Shown: in pieces, positions 12,640 to 24,894 of the stretch
Layout: each line of letters starts with the position of its first letter
Numbering within the stretch: position 1 is the stretch's first letter
Assembly: GCA_965203295.1 (NCBI GenBank)
Contig: CBDBCZ010000010.1
Span: 320,001 to 384,000, forward strand
DNA length: 64,000 nt
Source of the DNA: Nitrospirales bacterium
GTDB taxonomy: Bacteria; Nitrospirota; Nitrospiria; Nitrospirales; UBA8639
Direction: 5' to 3'
Translations under genes and position numbers: made by a program
The notes under the pieces: model-generated
Database searches by the model: none
What the model saw: only the letters and a program-made list of their open reading frames with translations
Told to the model about the DNA's origin: nothing

Positions 12640-13880
12640 AGTACTGTGTAATGTCCGCCTTTTTCGTTGATTTTAGCTGCCTATTGACAAGGCCTTGCAC
12701 ATGACACTGCCTCATGAAGGTCCTCCACTGTTCTGAATGTCCTATAAAATTTTCGTAAGAAGAGCAGGATTTATCAGTTATCAGCCCATTCCAGCGATGA
12801 TCCCCTGATCATTGTGCTAATTTTTCCCCCCTTCTCACCAATTGTATCGATTGTTGATATACGGATTTGCAACTCTTCTACATAGTCTACCATTGTTTGC
12901 ATTTCAGCTTGTGAAATGCAAACAATCACACATCACAACAAGCAACATTTCCAGATATGATGTTACACGGATCTTGAAATGCTCCCAGATGAATTTCACG
13001 CCGACATTTTCCAACAGGGTGGAACCACACAAACTTCGATGATTCAGAAAATTCTTGCAAAATCTGTCGGCAGAACTGCTGATTACGTAAGTGATCCTTG
13101 ATCCACACTCCTGCATGCTCTGTGTGGGAAAGGGAATAAAATATGGAAGCAGTGGCTGCGTTTCCATGCCTTCCTGCACGTCCTAGTTCTTGATCCCAAG
13201 AGCACAAGTTTTCAGGAACTCCATATCTTATAATGTGTCGAATACCAGGATGATCAATACCCAGTCCAAATGCTGACTTTGCCACCATAATCTGAGCCTC
13301 TCCTGATTTCCATCTCAGATATCTTTCATATCTAGACTTTGGATCCATCTTTCCGTTGTATGCAACACAATCAATTCCAAACCCACTTAGCTCACTTATT
13401 ATAAATCCAATGTTCTCGATGAAGTCTGTACAAACCACTGCACAACCCTTCTGCACCAAATCAGCTACTCTTGATGCAAAATGGTGGAAGTCATGTTTGT
13501 TATACCAGAAGGTAGCTCTTCACACCTATGGAATACATTTTGCCTGTAAACCGTGCCCTGTGATATAACTGGATCTCTAACCAACCTCAAGATACTAGAC
13601 TTGACCTCAGGAGGAGGACCATTACTGGAGTAGTGGGAAATTCACTTTTAAGGTTTTCCAAATTTTTGTAAGCTTCACGAAATTCTTGCCAATAATAGAA
13701 AAGATGAGGGTAATCTAATGTATTCAAGCTAGGTTTTTCTTCAGAGCTAAGAAGATTAAGTCAGTGTTTGTTTTCTGGTTTTGACAGCCATTTGGGAGTT
13801 ACCTGTATTATGGACACTTAACTGTGCTCGTTGTTCTGCATTTCTGTCAAGTTGTGCTGACCCCAGAAACATTGCCTAAA
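12640..13880 (-). pseudogene. RecQ-like SF2 helicase (helicase core, Zn-binding and RQC winged helix), decayed
   Basis: YWQEFREAYKNL..LKSEFPTTPVM; AYNGKM; MVAKSAFGLGIDHPGIRHIIRYG.P..QELGRAGRHG; CRR..ACCDV. Confidence 0.85.
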
Positions 13881-14659
13881 TTCCTTTGTCCTGTAGGTCT
13901 TTCACTTGATCTTGCATAAGGCTTATTGTTGCTGTCACTACTACTGCTTTCTTTTGCTCGTAAATGGGGGAAAATATGTAGCAAAGTGACTTTCCACTTC
14001 CAGTTAGCTGAATCACAACCGTGTCCCTAGATGATAACGCAGCATCTATGTTTTTTTTTGAAAATCATTAAAGGAGGTCATATGAAACGTTTGTGCTGGT
14101 GTAGCCACCTTTGTTGCCTCAGTGAGTTCTGTCAAAAGAAGACCTTGCAAAAACATCTGAGTCATACTCATCTTCGTGATCTGTTGCTGCATGAAACTGA
14201 CTGATGAAAACCAGTATGAGATGGAAGTTGCAAGAGTGCAGCAGCTGTGCTGGGTGTAGTAGTCACCAGTGAAGAAGTAGAAGAATTAGAAGAATTAGAA
14301 GTTTCCAACAGGTCATTGCAATTGGTTTCAGCGCATGGTGTACTTGTGATGTGATCTACTATTTGTGGAAATCAGTTGCTTTGATCAAAGACCGACTTTG
14401 TGGGAGAGCGCCTTGTTTATCTGTGGAAGCTAGAATTGCTTTGATCAAAGAGTGACTTATAAACGTTAATCCACCACCTCAACCAGTAAATTGGGCTTAC
14501 AGTGGTGCAAAGGCTCTATGTGCTAACCCTTGTTTTCTTTTCTTTTAGCGTGAAACCAGGAGAGTGTATAGCATGCTGTTAGAGGATAATGAGAATTTAA
14601 TGGCTGGAGTGTCGAACCAGAATGAGCTTTTCTAGCTTTAGTTAGAGTACTTTCCCAAG

Positions 14660-15000
14660 AGCAACGTGTTAAATATTGCACGAAGCAAAGCCGAGTGTTA
14701 TGTCTGGCCTCAACACCACACCCGAGCGCAATATTTCAAGTAGTGCACGAGGGTTTACAATACTTTAACTGGTTTATTGTATTGACATTTGAATTCTGTG
14801 CTGGTGGCTGGTGGATATGGTGGCATTTTGCTCATAGATGATTCAAACATTGATGCAGTAAGCGCAGTAAGCTGTTTATGGCTAGTTTGGTTGTGTTCCC
14901 ATCTGTCTGTATGCTGCAAGCTTACGTTTCTGACTCAAATATTACTGCTAGCTCAAAGCTTGATTGGTAGCTGTGTAGCAAATTTTTCTTGCATTTTGAA
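14660..15000. mobile_element. Partial non-autonomous Crypton-like repeat (same family as 23238-23993)
   Basis: AAATATTGCACG..AAGCCGAGTG..TACTTTAACTGGTTTAT shared with 23270-23600. Confidence 0.65.
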
Positions 15001-15109
15001 TAAATTCACCAAATTACTTCCTCAGAACGAGAGCTATGGATGGCACTTGATGCAACAGCAAGTTCAAAGCCTAATTAATTCCACGCATTACTCTAGTGTG
15101 TTTACTTAA

Positions 15110-15733
15110 CTCATTGGACGCCGTAATTACGTCACGCGCGTGATGCTCCACGCTATAATTTCTACAACAATGGTGTACTAAAAGTTGTAGCTCAGTGTTT
15201 GGCTATTTTTATGCTTACCTCATTGCACGCCGTACCCCACTTGAGTGGATATTACATAATCCTTCCACTACGCCACACGCCACTATAGTGGCTTTAGAGA
15301 CGGCAAGTTAACTGTACGGCCAGGAGGGGCAACCCCTTCCTTTATTAGCCATAAAATTGAGTAGATTGATTACTAATAGTGTGCTGAAAGTCGATCTAAT
15401 TTGTAATAGAATGGATACATACGGCAAAATATAGGACCGATCAAAATGGCTAGCTATGGCTACCTAAATTCCTGCGCAGTTAGTAGGGCTCTGTAGTCAA
15501 CTTCACTGGCAGATACAATGGTAACTGGTTCAGGGAAGAGTCCGGGGCTTCAGTAGGACCATCGTTCTTTGCCGCCTAAGCGTGAAGACAACAGTTTCGT
15601 ATCGAACTTACTGTGTATCCGGTTATCACTCCTGAAGCCCTTCTTGGATCCAATCTGCCCCCCTTTTTGCTTTCAATGGCTGTAGCCAATAGTCTAACAA
15701 GTACAACGCAGAATTCGCTGGATACTTGACTTG
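15110..15733. mobile_element. piggyBac MITE (CTCATTG family) whose right ~515 bp are inverted
   Basis: TTAA at 15106-15109, then CTCATTG. 15110-15218 is colinear with 24025-24133; 15219-15733 is the reverse complement of the rest of that MITE. Confidence 0.85.
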
Positions 15734-16028
15734 GTAACCCTTTATACCCGAATGACGACTATAGTCATTAATATGATTACGTAAATTACAAATGTCGCGA
15801 AATCTCACACCCGCGAACAGCTGTCTCAAAACTTTTATGGGTGCAGCTGTAGTGAATATTGACTATTGCGCCTACGCTGACTTCAACTTCAAAGAGTCTA
15901 CTCACCCGTGCTTACACAGCGCTTCCCTTTACTACAACTTCGCGCGGCAGCTCCACCAAGGTCAGCCCCACCCACAATATTGCAATTATGCATAATTCAA
16001 AAACAGTGCATGAATAACTACTACTAGA

Positions 16029-18167
16029 ATGCCAGGGAGACCCCACTTGACAGCAGAGGACGTGGTTGACCTCCTGGATTCCGACAGAGAGGACGGAGAA
16101 GATCTAGAGGGGGATGATTTGCTGGAAGATGTTGACTTAGATGAGATCATCTGTCCTGGAAGTGATGATGACCTAGGCTTCGAAGAGGAGGTCATAGGGA
16201 ATAGCAGCGATGAGGAGCAGGAGTCTGAAAGTGATAGTGAGAGCGGGAGTGAGACGGCTAGGTAAATAATATTACAGAGCATAAGCATAAGACTTAGTGA
16301 ACCAACTACTGTAATGCTATTTCATATGCACAGGGCCACCAAAGAAACGAATCCACTGATACCAGCGGACACCATGCAGGTATGCAGCTTACAAGAAGAC
16401 TAATCAATCTGCATGGGCATGCTTCCCTATCACTAGACACACAATGACATCACAGCTATACTGAATGCACACAAAAATCTACGTAAACACATGCACATAT
16501 ATACATGTACACATACACACACACATGCACACACATGCACACACATGCACATACACATGCACACACACGCATACACACATGCAGTGTCACATGCACACTC
16601 ACATGCATACACACATGCACAGTGTCACATGCACACTCACACGCACCAAACACATGCATATTATTTTTAGCATTCATTCTCTGGAATGGTCCACACACCT
16701 GAGCTCGGTATCAGTACGTCCGTTCACCAGGCATGTCGGCCCAACAGTCCTGATCCCTCGTAGTCCCCTGCAGATTTTTCTGCTGATTTTCACCACCACC
16801 ATTCTCCAGTGGATTGTGGATCAAACAAACCTGTATCTCAGTGCCTGGGGGAGAGATTCGAAACCTGGCAACTGGTTACTATTGACGAATTGAAGGCCTA
16901 CATGGGGTTCATGATCCTAATGGGTCTGGTCAAGTTACCGTCAATCCCTGACTACTGGAAAAGAGATGAGGTATTCAACTACGGACCAATTTCAAGCAGA
17001 ATCACCCGAGATAGATTCTATGAAATCACAAAGTTCTTACACTTCTCTGACAACTCGGCACTGGCTGCTCCAGGTGAGGATGGCTATGACAGGCTTGGTA
17101 AGATAAGGCCGGTAATTAGGATGGTCAATGAAAGTCTCCAGGCCCTCCACAACCCGCACAAGGATGTCAGCATAGATGAGGCAATGATACCGTTCAAAGG
17201 ACGGTCATCACTGATGCCGAACAAACCGGTGAAAAGGGAATTTAAAGTATGGGCAAGGACAGATGCTACAAATGGATACATCTCGGAGTTTTACATCTAC
17301 ACAGGAAAGCAAGGCAGTGCTGTTGAAAAAAATCTAGGTGGAAAAGTGGTCATGACCTTAACAGCGAAATTGACTCACCTCTATCACCATGTGTATTTCG
17401 ACAATTATTTTACAAGTATGTCACTCCTAGTAGACCTCCTCAAGTTGGGTGTGTAAGGCTGCGGCACAATGCGTGTCAACAGAAAAGGCAGTCCTGATGG
17501 GCTCCAAGCAGTGGCGAAGAAGGGCTTCACGGAAAGGGGGCAGTCGAAGACTTGGCAGAGTGGGAACTTCACTGTGAGTGTATGGCAGGACAGCAAGCCC
17601 GTCCTTGTGGCAGCATCAAACAGTGATCCCCTCGCAAATATGTCTGTCACAAGGAAGCAGAAAGATGGCACACGGATAACTGTTGCTGCACCAATGTCGG
17701 TTGTTAAATACAAGTATATGGGAGGGGTCGATAAGAATGACCAATTGCGCGGCTACTATCATGTTCGACTTAAGTCTAGAAAATACTATAAATACATTTT
17801 CTGGTTCATGCATGAGGTGGCAATAGCGAACGCATTGATCTTGTGCATCAATCACACTGACCTTGGTATCAAGGAAGGCAAGACATTCCGAGTACTGCTT
17901 GCCAAATCACTCATCAGTGACTACTGTAGCCGTAAGCGGTCCAGTCGTCCCATCACCCGACCTACATCAAAGAGGTTCTGCCCAGATCACTTCCCTACAC
18001 GTGGGTCGGATAAGAACCACCGCTCTCACTACTGTCAGGTATACAAGAAGGAGCGACATGAAACGAAGTGGTATTGCAGGGATTGCGGCCACTACTTCTG
18101 CCATAATGGGTTAAAAGGCGACTGCTTCTACATGTACCACACCAAATATGCATCAAACTTTAGTTAG
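16029..18167 (+). pseudogene. piggyBac transposase (PGBD4-like), spliced and disrupted
   Basis: Acidic N-terminus; SIDEAM, YFDNYF, MGGVDKND (DDD triad); C-terminal Cys-rich domain. In-frame TAA at 17454-17456 and frameshift near 16835. Confidence 0.92.
16485..16660. repeat. CA/CATG-rich low-complexity tract in an intron
   Basis: (CACACATG)n-like sequence. Confidence 0.85.
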
Positions 18168-21029
18168 ACTTATATAGCCTTGCATCTTGCACTCAATCCT
18201 AACCGTAACCTAAAAACATGCTGTTGCACATTCTAAAAGTTCATTGAAAGTTGAGGTAACATTTTACTTGAAAACAAGGACAGTAAGTCATACACTAATG
18301 CACCTATCAATGTTACGCCCCACCCCTCCCCTCACGGGCATAGGTGGGGCATAAGTGGGAGATTTTCTTACATTTGACTGGAAAAGGCAGACTCAGGGGT
18401 GGGGCATTTGCCTCAAATACGGAAACTTGCCTCGTGTGCGCATCTTAAAGCTGTTGATGGCGGTGCTTATGGAGAGGTTATTTATGCTTTTTATATGCTG
18501 TTTTTGTGCTATGGCGTGTTCGATGAAGACCGTACTGGTGAGCGTGGGAGACAACACTCGAGTTGTATCATTCGGTCGGAGTAGCGCCTCTACTGTGGAC
18601 AGCGAAGCGCTGGCTCCAGCCATTCAGGCAGCGTTCAACGATCTTCTCCTTCCAGGACAAACTTTTTTTTGCAAATGAAGTGCGAGGAGTGGGGAGGCGT
18701 GTTCGTAGATTTGCTCGAAAAGGAAGTACCGGATAAGTATGGCGTGATATCTGGGTAAAAAATCGATCCAGCGAAGCACAAATTTACCCGTACTCAATCA
18801 CGCAGCCAACCGATCGAATTTCTGTATCGAGCCCAAAGAGCAATCGATTTTCTGTATCGAGCCCAAAGAGTGATCGATTTTCTCTTTCGGTCCCAAATAT
18901 CAATCCATCGATTTTCTGTATCGATCCCAAAGATTAATTGATTTCACCCACCAAATGAAAACTACCGACGGCTTTGCTGAATAAACGCTAATGATTGAGC
19001 GATCTTTTCAAACGAGGCATCGTATCATTTCTCTCCATCGAGCCCAAAGATCGATCGATTTATCACGATAACTTCTCCAATACCATTTTCTTCGTTGATC
19101 ACAAAGATCAAATTTGCTACTGCGCATGCGCAAAACACACATGGTGACGTGCTGGCATGGCGGAGAAGGACTTGAACTTGCCGGTTGCCGATCCTTCTTC
19201 GCCGTTGGCCTTTGCTGCGTGGGTACAGGAACATGGTGGTGATGAGCAGTTTGTCGGCATTTTGACTGCGCATGGATTTTCCTCGAAGCTGTCACTCAGT
19301 AACCTGGATGTTAGTGCCATGGAAGCAACGGGACTGCTGGAGCAGCTTAACTACGGCCAGAAATGTCTCCTCCGTGGCCTAATTTAGCTCTGCTGTACAC
19401 AGTCCGGTGATAGTGGCTCTTCTACAAGGAAGGCTCGTGGAGTAGACTATGGTGAAGTGACTGAAAAGGTGCAACACATTGGGTCAAAGACAAAGAAAGG
19501 AATCTCTATCAGGAGCAAGCTAGGCCAGCTCTTTCACTTCAATCTCGCAAGCTCAAATGCAGGTTCGTCGAAGGTTGCAGGTGCACAAGAGACTGGAAGT
19601 GATTCGGATGACTTCCAGCCAGTTCCTCTGAATCGTGCACCTCGTCCTATGAAAAAGAAGTCATCAGTATCCACTGCTACCCGTGCAGGAAAGGGAAAGC
19701 AGCCTGCTAAGCGTAAAGTGAAGGAGTTTCGACTTAAGGTGGTTGCCCTCCCTCGAATGATGTCTCAAATACCGGTTCCTAGTGAGAGACGTGTACATGA
19801 GGTGTGGGTTCGTGCTACATCAAGTGGAGATGAGGTCGCTGGCAAGATTCAGAGCGTACTAGGGTGGAAAGAGAAGCCACAATACCTCTACGCACAGGGA
19901 AAAAACATTCGACCAGCAAGTTTGAGTGATGTTGAAGGAGCAGACAGTTGGGATGTGCAATCGATTCGGGCTCTGATGGGAAGTGGGTGTCTCTATGTTG
20001 TGAAGATGGGCGTGTCTGAAGCTACTGATAATGATACAGAGGTGAGCAATGATACCCAACAAGATTAGAAGACATCCTGGGTATTGTTTAGTGTTGTTTT
20101 AGTATGGCTTCACATAATTAGATTTAGTTTTAGAAAAAAGCTAATGAAGAACAAAGTTTAGCTTTAGTTTTAGTCAACTAACGAGAAAAAAGGTTACTAC
20201 AATACTTTTAGTAGCTATTAGTTAACCACAACTAAAAGGGTTGATTTTGGCGAATTTTTTTTAGTTTAGTTGTATTTTATTCCCAGAGGCCAGTACCCTT
20301 TAAGTTTTAGTTTTAGTTAGTTAACTAAATCTGTTTTTGCTCCAACTAAAACACTTTTTGTTTTTAATTTCAGTTTTCAGTTAACTAATACAACACTAGG
20401 TTATATGTATGGTTATCTGAACTTGTGAACACAAATGTTTGATTTTGATTAGGAAACCATGGATGAGTATGAGGAGAGCTTGAGAAGGCTCCTGACAATC
20501 TTTGAGCAGGCTCCTGACAATCTTCAAGAAAACTCCAAAATCTACTATTGCTGAGCTACTCTCTAGGCATGGATTTCAGAAGACCCTGGACATTCTGCTT
20601 GGTGAAATACAAGATAACATTCGAAGCACTTGCCCATCCCCTTCTTTCCCCTTCTTCAAGCGAACAGGTAATTTTAGCATGAGTCATTTTTTGCTTGAAT
20701 GGATTACACCATAATGAAGGTATAATATTTGTATCCACCAGTTGCCCCAAGCGGATTTGAGTCAAGATGTGCCCTCTGTTCAACAAGCCTCTTCTGCTTC
20801 TCAGGGAACACAGCAGGAAGTCTCTGATGAAAATCTACCAACTCAGCATGTCCATGTGAGCGATTTCCAGTATCCCCCTGGTTTATCAGTTCGTGTCATT
20901 GAGTTGGACCCAGGCCCTACTACGTCTAGTGAAGGAAGTCGAGAGTATCCCATTGAAGTCGACAAAAGCCCTCCGTCTCTTGAGATCCTTCTTCAGGAGC
21001 ATGCGATGCAGGTGGTTAACCAGTCATAT

Positions 21030-22719
21030 ATCCCACCTAGTACACTACTACACTACAACTGACTGAGATTAAAAGTCATAATTTGGCACCTCAGGGCTAC
21101 AAGGGAAATATGGCTCATAAATTGGCACCTCAGGGCTACAAGGGAAAATATGGCTCATAATTTGGCACCTCAAGCAATTGAATATTGTACACATAGTTCC
21201 AAGTGTTACAGCAGAATATATAGAGTGTGAGTACATAACTTGATAGATAACAAGTATGTAAGCCAGTCACTGGATCTGGGAAAATAGCTGATCAAGTTCT
21301 GTCTCAGTCAGAATGTCAATGTTTGATGAGGGTTGTGGAGGTGGTTGAGGAGCTGACGAAATATTAATGGCCCAGCCTTGTAAGTTCTGGAAAGATACTG
21401 GCATACCAGAAAAGAAAGGTGGAAGTGAAGGTGACAGTGCTGGCTGTACACATGTACTTATGGACTGAGAAGAGGAATGATGGTATGCATAGGTTGAGTG
21501 CTGTGTTACTGACAGCAAAGAATAAACTGCCTTGTGCTGTTCTTTGCTTGATCTTTCATGAGTTCTCAGAGCTTCTATAGAGCGGTGCCCAGTTCGTTCT
21601 TGAATCAGTTTTTCTGGAGCACCAGCCTTGTACATGTCAGTAGCACTTGTGGCCCAAAGACTGTGATTTGTTTTGCTTCCAACAACTCCAGCCTCAGCAC
21701 ACATTTTCTTGACCTTTTGCTGAAGTGTGTGCTTTCCAAGAGGAACAGAACTGTACCAGGCCTTACTTGGTTCAAGTGGCATCTTCTCAAGAGGTCGAAC
21801 ATAAAAAAGTACTGGACACCTTTCTCTGGCTTCAGGGCAGGCATAAACGGGAACAACTTTGCTTTTGACATGCAGTTGCTTGAAACTTCCGTTTCGGTTC
21901 TTCGATACATTTGCATAGTATATGTACCTGTCATCAGCACAGCGCTGCAGTTGCGAGAGCTTTAATGCTCTGTGCTCTTGGCCTCCTCGAAGGCAAAACA
22001 TCTTGCCAATTGTGTAGAATACGGCATTCAGCAATCCTCTTGGGGTTTTGCAATCTAGCACACCTCTCTCCCACAGCTGATTTTCTTCTTCGACTGAAAT
22101 GGTCTCTGTGTGCTTCACTTGTCTCCCAATGCCCTCAGAATGCAGATCATGAAAGAAAGAATCCAAGGTACAGTGAAGCTGCTTAAATCTACCATCTTTC
22201 TTATCTAAGAAGTTTGGACAGCCAGGATTGCAATCTCGCATATGTCTCAATACCCCACAGAGACTTGGTGCTCTTGCTCGTATTCTCAGGAACCAGCCCT
22301 TTAGCGAGCTGGGTAAGCTTCTGTTCAGAAGCGAACCGAAAGCGGGGCTGTGGGAGGGGCTCTGGGTCAGTACGAGGTGCCTGGCTTGAAGGGTGGGGCT
22401 GCTCACTCACAAAAAGGCGGGGTTGTTGCTCGCTATTTGGGTGTGGTCTGGTAGAATCATGGCGCGCACCAGGACAGTTGGTCCACGCGCACATGCCGAC
22501 GCAACAGTTCGAGTAGGAACAAGCCACTTCGTACTATTAATATATTCTTATGGTTGCTAAGTACGCGCTGATGTTTTGACCAATCAGGTGAGATATATAA
22601 TACTCATAGCACGGTAGCCTAGTGATTTATGGACCATAACCACCCTTGTCCTCGGGCTGCGCCCTCGGACTCGGGGTGGTTATAGTCCATAAATCCCAGG
22701 CTACCGTGCTATAACTATA
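21030..22719 (-). mobile_element. Crypton tyrosine-recombinase element inserted in a HECT-gene exon
   Basis: Splits ..QVVNQS / LQSIHCLVDR..; long terminal hairpin 22605-22717; YR ORF inside; boundaries approximate. Confidence 0.8.
21267..22406 (-). pseudogene. Crypton tyrosine recombinase (DUF3504/ZMYM-like), catalytic residues mutated
   Basis: LRGGQEH, SKNRNG, TNHSLWAT (HxxR now HxxW), RTGHRS..LRTHER (Tyr nucleophile position is His). Confidence 0.85.
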
Positions 22720-23237
22720 ACTTCAGAGTATTCACTGTCTGTTGATCGTACAACTGCTGATAGTTTCTGGCTCTCTGCTATTGCTTTCTACAAAGGAGCC
22801 AAGGTTCGCCCAGAAAAGCTTCAAAAGCAGCTAGTTGTGTCCTTCACTGGGACGGGTGAAATTGGTGCAGATTCGGGAGCCTTAAGGAAGGAATTTTTTG
22901 AAGATGCTCTGAAGGAAGCCAATGAGAGGTTGTTCGATGGGGAAGACTACTCTCGAATTCCAAAGAAGGACTATACCCTTCAGGTCCTGTTTGAGCTGGT
23001 AGGTATGCTCATGGCACATTCCGTGCTCCAGGAAGGACCTGGGTTTCCCTATCTGAGTGAAGTAATGTACGACTACATTACAAAGGGAGAATGCTACCCT
23101 TGCAAGACAGACATCCCACTTGATCTGGAAACTACTGAGCTACACACCTTCATTGAGCAAGTAAGGTCACAATTTATGGATATTGCTCTGTGTAACACCA
23201 TATGGGGGTAACATTAACTTTGAACGCCATGCATATA

Positions 23238-23993
23238 TATTAGTTAAAGTACCGTCCCGAGTGCACTACGTGAAATATTGCACGAGGGTGTGGGCGAAAG
23301 GCAAATATAGCACGAGGCGAAGCCGAGTGCTATATTTGGCCTTGAGACCACGCCCAAGTGCAATACTTCACGTAGTGCACGAGGGTATACGGTACTTTAA
23401 CTGGTTTATAGTATTTGACGTTTGAATTTTGTGCTGGTCGCTCGAGAGATATGGCGTTTTTTGGCTCACAGATCGTTCAACAATCGATGTAGAAAGCATG
23501 GTAAGCTGCTATTCTCGGTGTATGCCTAGTTTTGTTGCTTTTCCGTCAGTCTGTACGCTGCAAGCTTACCGTTCTGTGCATCAAATAGCACTACTAGGCT
23601 CAAGGCTTTACTGGTACCATGGTAGCTAATGTGTTGTAGCCTACATGAGCTCCGTATGGTTGTACCCATTTGCTAGTAGTCAAGTGGCGCTTTTCGTGCA
23701 TTTACCAATTTCTGTATCAACTGTCACTAGCCGTTTTTGCTGCTTTCAAGTACCTTTGCTTTGCCATACAAAATTCAAGTCACTTTAAATAATAGTTGCC
23801 CTTGCAGCTGGCCCTGCTGCACTTTCGTGGATTCTGTTTACAGTTAATTGCAAAAAGTTTTCAATTACCAATGACCTGTTCTACATTGTACTTCCTGTGC
23901 TGAGTTTTCATATAGCACTCTTCACACCATAACTGTGCTATATGGAAAATAAAGCACACTTTTCGCCTTTGATCCGCCCACGCAAATACTATA
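23238..23993. mobile_element. Non-autonomous Crypton-like element
   Basis: Absent from the duplicated empty site at ~33800 (CATGCATATA|AAAT.GAAAAAACATG); terminal hairpin centred on CGAGGCGAAGCCGAG. Confidence 0.75.
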
Positions 23994-24894
23994 AAAAATA
24001 GAAAAAACATGTACTTTATATTAACTCATTGCATGCCGTAATTACGTCACGCGCGTGATGCTCCACGCCACAGTTTCTATAAAAATGGCGTACTAATAGT
24101 TTTAGTACTGTGTATGGCTATTTTTATGCTTACCAAGTCAAGTATCCAGCGAATTTTGCATCGTATTTGTTGGAAGACTACCAGCTACAGCCATTGAAGG
24201 CAAAAAGGGCAGTGGATCGGAACCAAGAAGGGGCGTCTACAATCGCTGGACTGGAATGGTGGACTGGACCGGTGGAATGGACTGGACTGGACTGGACTGG
24301 ACTGGACTGGACTGGACTGGACTGGACTGAAGAGTGTCAATATAGTAAAAGCAGTAGTTGCGGCGTGCTCTGGTTTTGGAACGGCTACGCCATGCATGCT
24401 CAATAACGTATAACTCCACTCCACAAACAGTCCTATTTTTCGAAGATTATTGAATTAGATCACTATAGACTATACTGTCTACCAGATGACATCATTGTTA
24501 CAAAAATAGAAACTACCAAAAGTGGGGTGGACAGCTATTGACCACGCTGTCCATCAGATGACATCATTGTCACAAAAATAGAAACTACCAAAAGTGGGGT
24601 GGATAGTATTGCCTATGTCAGGGCGCATGCGCATTTGTGTTGTGCTGCACGTGGAAAATCTCATAATAAGCTTTAGTCGCTCTATAGGTCTAGGATGTTT
24701 TTTAGCAGTGTTTTAAACTTTTGATTTAGTGTTTTAACTGGGTATAAGCATGAAAGTTGTCTGTCTAGTAGTAGCAGTGTTCTTTTGTTTTAATCTTGGT
24801 GACAGTGTGATTAACGTGTTGTCGGCCACCACCCTGAGCTGCTTGTCGGCTCGCCCCAATCCGGCCACCCCAGCCTTGTCAGCTCGCTGCTTAT

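Larger units (their letters stand above)
15738..18295 (+). mobile_element. piggyBac element; left end seen, right TIR not found in window
   Basis: CCCTTTATACCCG terminus at 15738 followed by a piggyBac transposase gene. Confidence 0.75.

Noticed and set aside
12640..13880. RecQ relic as the autonomous AcademH partner of the TAG-ended MITEs, or as a host RECQ gene
   Set aside because: No TAG termini or Academ transposase nearby; adjacent transposase is MULE-type; frame is decayed
16456..16893. His/Thr-rich ORFs
   Set aside because: Mostly low-complexity CA tract in an intron; only the 3' part is piggyBac coding
20089..20398. hAT-like MITE (TAGTGTTG..CAACACTA) in HECT intron
   Set aside because: Short TIR present but no matching 8-bp TSD; too degraded to call
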